From the NCBI RefSeq assembly GCF_000196355.1, contig NC_007614.1, positions 630,001-662,000 on the forward strand: a stretch of DNA of 32,000 nucleotides, in the 5' to 3' direction. The DNA comes from Nitrosospira multiformis ATCC 25196 (GTDB lineage: Bacteria; Pseudomonadota; Gammaproteobacteria; Burkholderiales; Nitrosomonadaceae). Below, one piece after another: positions 10,306 to 18,672 of the stretch. The position numbers and the translations under genes are program-made. How positions within the stretch are numbered: the first letter of the stretch is position 1; every line of letters begins with the position of its first letter. The notes under the pieces were generated by a model. It had not been told where the DNA came from, searched no databases, and saw only the letters and a program-made list of their open reading frames with translations.

Positions 10306-10497
10306 AAGTTCTGAAAAACCGATAGTTTGGGAGCGGCTATTTTACTGTCAAATTGGAGATGAAGTCGGGAGTGATATCCGGGTTGATCTGGGGCAGGACC
10401 TCTGCCTTTTAAAGGCGGCTTGCATTTGGCTTTGATATGGGTTGCTGATTTTGTGCTAGACTCATATTCTGCAAGCCATGACGTCAAGAGGGAACCT

Positions 10498-12036
10498 ATG
10501 CGAGGATATAGGAATAGGGGTTCCGCGCAAAGTCTGCTGACGCTCACGAAGGATGTATTGCGCTGGCTGTTTCGCCGTGGGCCACGGAGGGTGGAGAGAG
10601 CGGCCGATAGCCGGACGCCGGCACCCAAGAGATTCGCCCGGCCGATTTCCCGCACAAGGGAGATGCCTGGCAACAAGCAGACATGGGCGCGCAAAAAAAA
10701 CAGATTACATTGGCTCCTTTATGAGGGACTTGAGATAGTGAGTAACAGCCAGGCTTTTACACTTACAAGAAAAACCCTGCGCGGCCTGATACTGTTATCG
10801 AGCATTCCGTTGTTTGGAATGGTGGCAGCCTTCGGTATTGCCCCCGATACTGCGGTGGAAGACGTACCGGTCGAGCAGGTTGTCCTCGGTCTGGAGATTC
10901 CGGAGATTCGCTCGAGGCCGGCGGAGGGGATGACTTTTTGGCGTCATGAACGTATCCAGCAGGGCGATACAATCGGGAGCCTGCTTTCCCGGCTTGAAGT
11001 GAATAATCAGGACGTGGCACGCCTCATTCGGGATACCTCCGAGCTGAAGGCCTTGCATCCGCTGGCCGCGGGCAGAATGGTGCATGCCGAAACCAGCGCC
11101 GCGGGCGAATTGCTGCTGCTGCGCTACTTCCCCGGCGGCAGCGATCAGGTGGTGCTGGAAAAACGCGACGGCAGCTATGTGGTGAGCGACAGGCCGGCAT
11201 TGCTGGAAACCCATATCCAGATGAAATCAGGCGTGATCGAAAGCTCGCTTTTTGCCGCGATCGACCGCGCGGGGATTCCGGACAGCATAGCTTCCCAGAT
11301 CGTCGATATCCTGTCTTCCCAAATAGATTTCCACCGTGATCTGCGCAAGGGTGACCGTTTTACAGTGGTGTACGATTCCCTCTACGGCAACGGGGAACCG
11401 ACGAGAGCCGGCCGGGTGCTGGCGGTGGAGTTCGTCAACCAGGGAGTGCCTTACCGGGGAGTATATTTCCCCGGAAGCGACGGTGGAGAAGGCGGCTATT
11501 ACACGCCGGACGGCAAGAACCTGCGCAGGGTATTTCTGCGCTCGCCGCTGGAATTTTCCCGCATCAGTTCCGGCTTTTCCAGCGGCCGCTTCCATCCCAT
11601 CCTGAAAAAATGGCGGGCCCATAAGGGCATCGACTACGTGGCGCCCACCGGCACGGGGGTAAAGGCGGTTGCCGATGGCGTCGTGGCGGTAGCGGGATGG
11701 GAAGCGGGATATGGAAATTTCATCATCCTCGAGCATGAAGGATCGTATGCCACGGTCTACGGCCACCTGTCGGCTTTCGCCAAAGGGTTGCGCAAGGGTC
11801 AGCGTGTCCGTCAGGGATATGTCATTGGCCGGGTGGGAGCCACCGGCTTGGCGAGCGGGCCTCATCTGCACTTTGAGTTCCGTGTCAACGGCATTCAACG
11901 CGATCCTCTGAAGGAGCCGATGCCGGAAGGAAAACCGATCGCTCCCGCGCACCTCGCGGCATTTTACGAATCCACGAAATCATCGATGGCGAGGCTCGAT
12001 ATGCTGCACGGCACCAATCTCGCATTGCTGGATTAA
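10498..12036 (+). CDS. M23-family peptidoglycan DD-metalloendopeptidase (membrane-anchored)
   Basis: LRGLILLSSIPLFGMVAAFG transmembrane segment; KGIDYVAPTGTGVKAVADGVV, YGHLSAFAKGL, HLHFEFRVNG LytM motifs. Start at 10498 chosen for the AAGAGGG ribosome-binding site; the in-frame ORF extends to 10420. Confidence 0.93.
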   Translation: MRGYRNRGSAQSLLTLTKDVLRWLFRRGPRRVERAADSRTPAPKRFARPISRTREMPGNKQTWARKKNRLHWLLYEGLEIVSNSQAFTLTRKTLRGLILLSSIPLFGMVAAFGIAPDTAVEDVPVEQVVLGLEIPEIRSRPAEGMTFWRHERIQQGDTIGSLLSRLEVNNQDVARLIRDTSELKALHPLAAGRMVHAETSAAGELLLLRYFPGGSDQVVLEKRDGSYVVSDRPALLETHIQMKSGVIESSLFAAIDRAGIPDSIASQIVDILSSQIDFHRDLRKGDRFTVVYDSLYGNGEPTRAGRVLAVEFVNQGVPYRGVYFPGSDGGEGGYYTPDGKNLRRVFLRSPLEFSRISSGFSSGRFHPILKKWRAHKGIDYVAPTGTGVKAVADGVVAVAGWEAGYGNFIILEHEGSYATVYGHLSAFAKGLRKGQRVRQGYVIGRVGATGLASGPHLHFEFRVNGIQRDPLKEPMPEGKPIAPAHLAAFYESTKSSMARLDMLHGTNLALLD

Positions 12037-12088
12037 CGGCGGTGGCCGAACGGGTCGACTGGATAAAAGTCCCGTCAACGGGAGAGAT

Positions 12089-13189
12089 TTGAAGGCGGCG
12101 TACTATATCGGCATCATGTCGGGCACCAGTCTGGATGGGATCGACGCAGTGCTTGCCGACTTTGAAGCCCCCCGGCCGGTGTTGCTGGACAACTTCTATC
12201 TGCCATACCCGGAGAAGCTCCGCGAACAGCTCAAGGCACTCCATTTTCCGGCTCATGGCGAGCTGCACCGCGCCGCGACGCTTGGTAATCAGCTCGCTCG
12301 TCATTATGCTGAAGCAGTGGGGGGCTTGCTCCGCAAAAGCGGGGTTGCGCCGCCCGAAGTCGCTGCCATCGGATGCCATGGGCAAACCATCCGTCATTGT
12401 CCCCAGGCAGAAGCGGGTTACACCATCCAGTTATGCAATTCTCCGTTACTGGTAGAGCTCACCGGAATCAGGGTTGTTTCCGATTTCAGGAGTCGCGATA
12501 TCGCTGCGGGAGGACAGGGCGCCCCCCTGGTGCCGGCATTTCATCAGGCTCTGTTCGCGGACCCTCATGTTCATCGCGTGATCGTCAATATCGGGGGGAT
12601 CAGCAATCTTACCGATCTGCCGCGGAATGGAAGCGTGACAGGATTCGATTGCGGTCCGGGCAATGCCATGATGGACGAGTGGTGCGCGCGCCATACCGGG
12701 CAAGCATATGATGAGGAGGGAAGGTGGGCGGCAACCGGAAAAACGCTTTCCGTGCTGCTGGAAAAGCTGCTGGCATTGCCATTTTTTTCCCTTCCCCCGC
12801 CCAAAAGCGTCAGCAGGGAATTATTCAGTACAACGTGGCTGGAAGGCTACCTGAAGGGGGATGAGAGCCCGGCCGATGTCCAGGCCACCCTGCTGGAGCT
12901 GACCGTCGCCGGAATTGCCCGCTGTATACTCGGTTACTGCGGGGATGCAACCGAAATTTATGTATGCGGCGGGGGGGCACGGAACAGCTACCTCATCGCC
13001 TCCCTTCAGGAGGCCTTATCCGGCAGGAAAGTCGGATTGACAGACAGCCTGGGCGTGGACGCTGACTGGCTGGAAGCTTTCGCCTTTGCCTGGCTTGCGC
13101 GGCAACTCATCCAGGGCATCCCGGGTAATATTCCCTCGGTCACTGGCGCGAAGGGCCCCCGGCTTCTCGGGGCCATCTACCCTGCCTAG
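12089..13189 (+). CDS. anmK: Anhydro-N-acetylmuramic acid kinase
   Basis: YYIGIMSGTSLDGIDAVLADF, GCHGQTIRH, VNIGGISNLTDL, GFDCGPGNAMMDEW, VCGGGARN. Confidence 0.96.
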   Translation: MKAAYYIGIMSGTSLDGIDAVLADFEAPRPVLLDNFYLPYPEKLREQLKALHFPAHGELHRAATLGNQLARHYAEAVGGLLRKSGVAPPEVAAIGCHGQTIRHCPQAEAGYTIQLCNSPLLVELTGIRVVSDFRSRDIAAGGQGAPLVPAFHQALFADPHVHRVIVNIGGISNLTDLPRNGSVTGFDCGPGNAMMDEWCARHTGQAYDEEGRWAATGKTLSVLLEKLLALPFFSLPPPKSVSRELFSTTWLEGYLKGDESPADVQATLLELTVAGIARCILGYCGDATEIYVCGGGARNSYLIASLQEALSGRKVGLTDSLGVDADWLEAFAFAWLARQLIQGIPGNIPSVTGAKGPRLLGAIYPA

Positions 13190-13276
13190 GGCCTATATCC
13201 CTTCAGGACTTTCTTTTACCCCGAAAGAAGGGACGGAAGTGGATGTGGGGATCCGTGAATTAACCCCCAGGGGTTA

Positions 13277-13660
13277 TTAAACGGAGAATGAAGAGCCGCA
13301 ACCACAGGTGCTTGCAGCGCCCGGATTCTTGATAATGAACTGGGCGCCCTCGGCGTTTTCCTGGTAATCGATTTCCGCTCCTGCCAGATACTGGAAACTC
13401 ATGGCATCCACCAGAAGTTTGACACCATTTTTTTCCATTACCGTGTCATCTTCACTTATCAGCTCATCAAAGGTGAATCCGTACTTGAAACCGGAGCATC
13501 CGCCTCCTGCCACGAATACCCGCAGCTTGAGATCGTTGTTTCCTTCCTCCTCGATCAGTTCCCTGACCTTGTTTGCCGCGTTGTCGGTAAAGATCAATGG
13601 CGTGGGGATGTCCGTCATTGGATCAGTCTGACCCGAACCGTCGTTGAAAGGAGTGTTCAT
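13277..13660 (-). CDS. erpA: Iron-sulfur cluster insertion protein (A-type carrier)
   Basis: [18 protein letters not shown] and C-terminal CGCGSSFSV three-cysteine signature of A-type carriers. Confidence 0.92.
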   Translation of the reverse strand: MNTPFNDGSGQTDPMTDIPTPLIFTDNAANKVRELIEEEGNNDLKLRVFVAGGGCSGFKYGFTFDELISEDDTVMEKNGVKLLVDAMSFQYLAGAEIDYQENAEGAQFIIKNPGAASTCGCGSSFSV

Positions 13661-13696
13661 AAGCGTTTCCGAATAGCCTGGTAAGAACTTGCAGTG

Positions 13697-14122
13697 TTAT
13701 ACGTGCTTCAAATCGTTGATCTGGGCCGCAGGCAACAATGTAACGACATTGCTTTCACGTTCCAGGATTTCCGTGTGGAGCAGCATGCCCTGAACAGATG
13801 CACCGAGATGTATTTCCATGCCCTTATAGTGTACATCGCCACAGACCTTCGCCTTTGGCTGGAGTTCCACATACTCGGTAACCTTTATCGTGCCGACTAC
13901 CGTGCCATTGATCACAGCATGTGAAACGTGGATGACACCTTCTACGACCGCCTGATCGCTTAAAACCAGAGTGCTCGGCAGGTCGCTAAACCCGGTAATG
14001 TTTCCCGTAACACGACCGTCTATTCGTACTCCCCCGCTGAAGATGATATTTCCTTCAATGTGGGTATCGACGCCGATAAGCGAATCGATCTGGTTGTGCG
14101 GTCTGCCTATTTTCTCAAACAT
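13697..14122 (-). CDS. Bactofilin (polymer-forming cytoskeletal protein)
   Basis: IDSLIGVDTHIEGNIIFSGGVRIDGRVTGNI...VVEGVIHVSHAVINGTVVGTI beta-helix repeat pattern. Confidence 0.9.
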   Translation of the reverse strand: MFEKIGRPHNQIDSLIGVDTHIEGNIIFSGGVRIDGRVTGNITGFSDLPSTLVLSDQAVVEGVIHVSHAVINGTVVGTIKVTEYVELQPKAKVCGDVHYKGMEIHLGASVQGMLLHTEILERESNVVTLLPAAQINDLKHV

Positions 14123-14131
14123 TTTCTCTCC

Positions 14132-14908
14132 TTACAAAGACAGATTCACCGTTTGCATGAGCCTTGCCTGCGTTTCGCCCTTCTCGAACACTTTCACCTG
14201 CAAGCTGTCGACAATGGCATCCGGAGCCAGCCAGAAAGTACTTTCCACTCGCCGATAAAACCGGAAGCTGACATCAAGCTTTTTCGAGGAGTCGTCGCTC
14301 GTCTCGCTGGAGGTCAATGGCTGGACCATTTTTTCCCCATTCTGCTGAAAATTGACAGCAAGTTCCAGGTTACCGTGAAAATCCTTGCCCCGCACTCCCG
14401 ACTGAACCAGAAGCAGGCTATACCGGTATTCGCCGGGCAGTTTACCTTTTTCAAGCTTCAGGCCTCCGATGGAAATGCGTTGCCCGGCTTTGCCGGAAGC
14501 AGAACCAAGATTCTGGAAAAAGGCCAGTTCTTCCTTGAGGCGGGTATTCTCGCCCTGAAGGGTCTTGACTTGGCTTGCGATGTCCAGACGGGCGGCCTGA
14601 TCCATTTGCAGCTGCTGATCGAGCCCCGCCATCTTTATGCGCAGTTCGTCATTCTCTTGCTGCAGTCGCGCATTCAACTGCGACAACCGCTCCATCTCAG
14701 GTCCTGTCTCGGTTTTTTCTTCACGTGGAGGCTCGATTCTGTCGGGAATACCGGCTTTGCGGCCGGCATCGTACATGCTCCACGAAAGAATCAGCGCAGC
14801 CACGAGCAGGATGGCAAGGGTCGCCCAGCGGACATGAGCGGGAGTCTGCAACCGGACCGCGGCTGGCGCCGCAGCCATTTTGTGCCTTTTATTACGCGAC
14901 TTTATCAT
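14132..14908 (-). CDS. Conserved single-pass membrane protein with coiled coil (DUF6776-like)
   Basis: Basic N-terminus, TM segment WATLAILLVAALILSWSMY, long coiled coil MERLSQLNARLQQENDELRIKM, beta-rich C-terminal domain; sits directly upstream of the bactofilin gene. Confidence 0.7.
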   Translation of the reverse strand: MIKSRNKRHKMAAAPAAVRLQTPAHVRWATLAILLVAALILSWSMYDAGRKAGIPDRIEPPREEKTETGPEMERLSQLNARLQQENDELRIKMAGLDQQLQMDQAARLDIASQVKTLQGENTRLKEELAFFQNLGSASGKAGQRISIGGLKLEKGKLPGEYRYSLLLVQSGVRGKDFHGNLELAVNFQQNGEKMVQPLTSSETSDDSSKKLDVSFRFYRRVESTFWLAPDAIVDSLQVKVFEKGETQARLMQTVNLSL

Positions 14909-15221
14909 AAGCGCAGGTCATGCCCTTTGAAGAGGCAGCCAAGCGTATCCGAAACATCGCAAAAGAGCATCAGATTGAAATAATGGAAAGTTTCTCTTGC
15001 AGCTGGGCTTTTGATCACTATCAGGAGAAGTATTGAGAGAAACCCGCAGCCAGCTATGGATATTCTAACGATGAACCTCGATCTTGACAAAGACTAACTC
15101 TTATCGAGGAACAGTCGCCCTGCATTTTCTGGAAATTAACTCTCATTGCATGGCGGGATCTTCTTGAGGGCGCCTGGACTGATTTCGGCAGCAACGCAGC
15201 TCCGTACGCTTGTTTAGATTC

Positions 15222-16250
15222 TTACGGAAACAAGGGAAGATGGGTGATGGCAAGGGTTTCCGGCAAGCCGAACATGAGATTCATATTCTGCACTGCCTGT
15301 CCGGCCGCACCCTTGACAAGGTTGTCTGTAACCGAGAGTATGACGGCCGTATCCCCCCCCTGGGGTCGATGGACGGCGATGCGGCAGAGATTCGAACCCC
15401 GCACGGAGCGGGTTTCCGGATGGGAGCCTGCCGGAAGCACGTCGACAAACGGTTCATTCACGTAGCGGTTTTCATATAACGCCTGCAAGTCGACTTCTTT
15501 AAGGAGTTTTACATAAAGCGTGGCATGAATGCCGCGAATCATAGGGGTGAGGTGTGGTACGAATGTCAGACCGACGGGGTGTTTTGCCGCTTGCGACAAG
15601 CCCTGCCTGATCTCGGGGAGATGGCGATGCCCGGATACTCCATAGGCCTTGAAGTTGTCCGCTGCCTCAGCAAAAAGGGTATGAATTTCCGCGTTGCGTC
15701 CCGCGCCTGATACGCCCGATTTCGCGTCTGCGACGAGATGATCCAGATCCGCGGCACCCGATTCCACCAGGGGAAGGAAACCCAGCTGCACGGCCGTGGG
15801 ATAGCAGCCGGGATTGGCTATGAGCCGCGCTGTCTTTATCCTGTCGCGATTGATTTCCGGCAGACCGTAGACCGCCTCCGCAACCAGTTCGGGGCACGCA
15901 TGGGGCATTCCATACCATTTTTCCCAGACGGCGATATCCTTGATGCGAAAATCGGCGGCAAGATCAATTATCCGCACGCCTGCATCGAGCAGGGATGGAA
16001 CCTGTTTCATGGCAATGCCATTCGGAGTGGCAAAAAATACCACATCGCATTTTTCGAGGTTTGCCTCTGCAGGATCGGAAAATTTTAACTCTATCCGTCC
16101 ACGCAGACTTGGAAACAACTGGGCGACATCCATGCCAGCTTCCTTGCGCGATGTAATCGCCTCGATATTCACCTCCGGATGTTGAGACAAGATGCGCAGC
16201 AACTCTACTCCGGTATATCCGGTTCCACCTACGATGCCAATCTTAAGCAT
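15222..16250 (-). CDS. argC: N-acetyl-gamma-glutamyl-phosphate reductase
   Basis: [39 protein letters not shown] catalytic Cys, SGVSGAGR. Confidence 0.96.
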   Translation of the reverse strand: MLKIGIVGGTGYTGVELLRILSQHPEVNIEAITSRKEAGMDVAQLFPSLRGRIELKFSDPAEANLEKCDVVFFATPNGIAMKQVPSLLDAGVRIIDLAADFRIKDIAVWEKWYGMPHACPELVAEAVYGLPEINRDRIKTARLIANPGCYPTAVQLGFLPLVESGAADLDHLVADAKSGVSGAGRNAEIHTLFAEAADNFKAYGVSGHRHLPEIRQGLSQAAKHPVGLTFVPHLTPMIRGIHATLYVKLLKEVDLQALYENRYVNEPFVDVLPAGSHPETRSVRGSNLCRIAVHRPQGGDTAVILSVTDNLVKGAAGQAVQNMNLMFGLPETLAITHLPLFP

Positions 16251-16363
16251 GGTTCTTCTAAATTTTCGTGTGGTTGAAATTCGTTGGCACGCTGCATCTA
16301 CCTGACATCCACATGATGTCTGTGGAAGGTTTTGCGATTACAAGCGCCAGAAAAAGATAAAAG

Positions 16364-16407
16364 AAAAAGCCGCATGTCCGCCAGAAACAGCGGGCAGGCG
16401 GCTTTTT
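16364..16407 (-). terminator. Rho-independent terminator downstream of rpsI
   Basis: AAAAAGCCGC (16364-16373) pairs with GCGGCTTTTT (16398-16407). It ends in a T-tract on the minus strand and has near-symmetric A/T tracts. Confidence 0.75.
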
Positions 16408-16422
16408 ATGACAGATAAAAGC

Positions 16423-16815
16423 TTATCGTTTGGAGAACTGCTTCCGGCGTCGTGCCTTGCGCAGGCCAACCTTTTTGCGCTCCACTTCACGCGCGTCACG
16501 CGTAACCAGTCCTGCATTGCTCAATACGGGTTTCAGGGTGGCATCGAAGTCAATCAGCGCACGGGTAATTCCATGCCTTACTGCGCCTGCCTGTCCGGAT
16601 TCGCCTCCACCGTGAATATTCACCAGGATGTCGAAGCGGTCGAGATTTCCGGTCAATTCCAGCGGCTGACGCACCACCATGCGTCCCGTTTCCCGGGAAA
16701 AAAACTCATCCACAGGTTTGTTGTTGACTGTTATCACGCCGCTACCCGGCTTGATGAACACGCGCGCTACCGCACTTTTGCGCCGTCCCGTACCGTAACT
16801 GTAGGTTCCATTCAT
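16423..16815 (-). CDS. rpsI: 30S ribosomal protein S9
   Basis: [32 protein letters not shown]...[24 protein letters not shown]. Confidence 0.98.
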   Translation of the reverse strand: MNGTYSYGTGRRKSAVARVFIKPGSGVITVNNKPVDEFFSRETGRMVVRQPLELTGNLDRFDILVNIHGGGESGQAGAVRHGITRALIDFDATLKPVLSNAGLVTRDAREVERKKVGLRKARRRKQFSKR

Positions 16816-16817
16816 GA

Positions 16818-17252
16818 TCAAGCCCTGACTTCAAGTTGCCGCGGCTGTTGTGCGGCGTGTGGGTGTGCTGCACCGGCATATATCTTGAGTTTCTTTAACA
16901 TGGCATAGCCGAGGGGACCTTTCGGCAGCATGCCTTTTACTGCTTTTTCCAGCGGCCTGCCGGGGAAGCGCGCATGCATTTTCGCGAAACTCGTTTCGTA
17001 TATGCCACCGGGGTAACCGCTGTGGCGATAGTACATCTTGCTTTCAGCCTTGTTGCCGGTAACGCGCATCTTGTCCACGTTGATCACGACAATGAAATCA
17101 CCGGTATCCACATGTGGCGTGTAGATGGGCTTATGCTTGCCGCGAAGACGATGGGCAATCTCGGCAGCGAGGCGTCCAAGTACCTTGCCGGCCGCATCAA
17201 TCACGAACCATTCCCGATTCACTTCATGTGGTTTGGCTGAAAAGGTTTTCAC
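16818..17252 (-). CDS. rplM: 50S ribosomal protein L13
   Basis: [58 protein letters not shown]...GMLPKGPLG. Confidence 0.98.
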   Translation of the reverse strand: MKTFSAKPHEVNREWFVIDAAGKVLGRLAAEIAHRLRGKHKPIYTPHVDTGDFIVVINVDKMRVTGNKAESKMYYRHSGYPGGIYETSFAKMHARFPGRPLEKAVKGMLPKGPLGYAMLKKLKIYAGAAHPHAAQQPRQLEVRA

Positions 17253-17286
17253 AAACCTACCCCTGCTTATTTACTAAAAGCCGCGC

Positions 17287-17315
17287 ATTCTATGCCAGAG
17301 ATGCATGAATGTCAA
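17287..17315 (-). promoter_or_regulatory. Sigma70-type promoter for rplM-rpsI
   Basis: Minus strand: TTGACA (17315-17310), 17-nt spacer, TAGAAT (17292-17287), about 35 bp upstream of the rplM start. Confidence 0.8.
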
Positions 17316-17596
17316 ACCGGAGTCCGCGGACAGCGGTGATATTCGTCTGCCACAAACATCGCTCTCCTCGCTGATTTTCGTTTTGCAAGGCGGTGTATGC
17401 CGGCGCCTTTTGTTCCCACCAAAATCATTGAGAAAACGGTTATCATAACGCACCTTAAAATTGCCGGCGGAAGATCACAGCGAATATTGAGGCAAAAATT
17501 GCAGGAAGCCTCTGAACAGGCGCCCCTGCTCGCCTGGCAACGTGTCCAAATATTCCATAACATCATCTTATTACTATTTGTCCGAGGAGAAGTTGT

Positions 17597-18469
17597 ATGT
17601 CGCAAAAACACCCTGTCATCGCCGTTACCGGATCATCCGGCGCCGGTACGTCGACGGTCAAGAATAGTTTCGAGCATATTTTCCGGCGCGAGAAACTGAC
17701 TGCTGCGGTGGTGGAGGGGGATAGCTTCCATCGTTATGATCGCGATGCCATGAAAAAAGCCGTAGCCGAATCCGAAAAGGACGGAGGACGTCCCATCAGT
17801 CATTTCGGTCCGGAGGCCAACGAGTTCGAGAAACTGGAAACCTTGTTCAAGGAATACGGCGAAACCGGCGGCGGAGAGACGCGCCTGTACCTGCACAATG
17901 ACGAGGAGGCCGCGCCCTACCAGCAGAAGGCGGGCACCTTCACGCCCTGGGCGTCGATAAAGCCCGGCTCGGATCTGCTGTTTTATGAAGGGCTGCACGG
18001 AGGAGTGCAGAGCGATACGGTGGATGTGGCCAGATATGTCGACCTGCTGGTGGGGGTAGTGCCCATCGTGAATCTGGAGTGGATTCAGAAAATCCACCGC
18101 GACATGAATGCGCGTGGTTATTCGGCCGAAGCGGTGACGCACACGATACTCCGCCGCATGCACGATTATGTGCATTACATTACTCCGCAATTTTCCAAAA
18201 CGCATATCAATTTCCAGCGTGTGCCGACGGTGGACACCTCGAATCCTTTCATCGCCCGGGACATCCCGACGCTGGATGAAAGTTTCGTCGTGATCCGGTT
18301 TCGCGATCCCAGGAACGTCGACTTCCCGTATCTGCTTGCCATGATTCACAATTCATTCATCTCCCGCCCGAACACCATCGTCGTTCCCGGCGGGAAAATG
18401 GGCTTGGCCATAGAGCTCATATTGACGCCGCTTATTCTCGATCTCGTGGTGGCAAGCCGCAAAAAGTAG
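17597..18469 (+). CDS. prk: Phosphoribulokinase (Calvin cycle)
   Basis: PVIAVTGSSGAGTSTVKNSFEHIFRREKL P-loop, VEGDSFHRYDR, LLFYEGLHGGV, KIHRDMNARGYS. Confidence 0.96.
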   Translation: MSQKHPVIAVTGSSGAGTSTVKNSFEHIFRREKLTAAVVEGDSFHRYDRDAMKKAVAESEKDGGRPISHFGPEANEFEKLETLFKEYGETGGGETRLYLHNDEEAAPYQQKAGTFTPWASIKPGSDLLFYEGLHGGVQSDTVDVARYVDLLVGVVPIVNLEWIQKIHRDMNARGYSAEAVTHTILRRMHDYVHYITPQFSKTHINFQRVPTVDTSNPFIARDIPTLDESFVVIRFRDPRNVDFPYLLAMIHNSFISRPNTIVVPGGKMGLAIELILTPLILDLVVASRKK

Positions 18470-18672
18470 CGGCAGCCAAATAGCGCCCGAACGTTATAGT
18501 AAAACATCCTGAAAACCCGGTGCCCTTCCTGGGCATCGCGCGACTCTCTATCGGAAGGAGAACCAGGGGGGCGGGTTTGCAGGAGTATCATATTGTTCTA
18601 CATTGCTTTTAATCCGATTTTGCGCGGCCTGAATCATCCCGGTCGTGCCCGGACCGGAAAAATCTTTGCTGT

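Noticed and set aside
10128-10694. 188-aa minus-strand ORF spanning the histidine kinase to M23 gap
   Set aside because: Overlaps both the start of the histidine kinase gene and the M23 gene, with no recognisable domain and no good ribosome-binding site.
13262-13275. AACCCC-CA-GGGGTT palindrome between anmK and erpA
   Set aside because: The 2-nt loop and lack of a T-tract make it a poor terminator. Too short to interpret alone.
14060-14983. 307-aa plus-strand ORF antisense to the coiled-coil membrane protein gene
   Set aside because: The minus-strand product has a coherent TM plus coiled-coil architecture; the plus-strand product does not.
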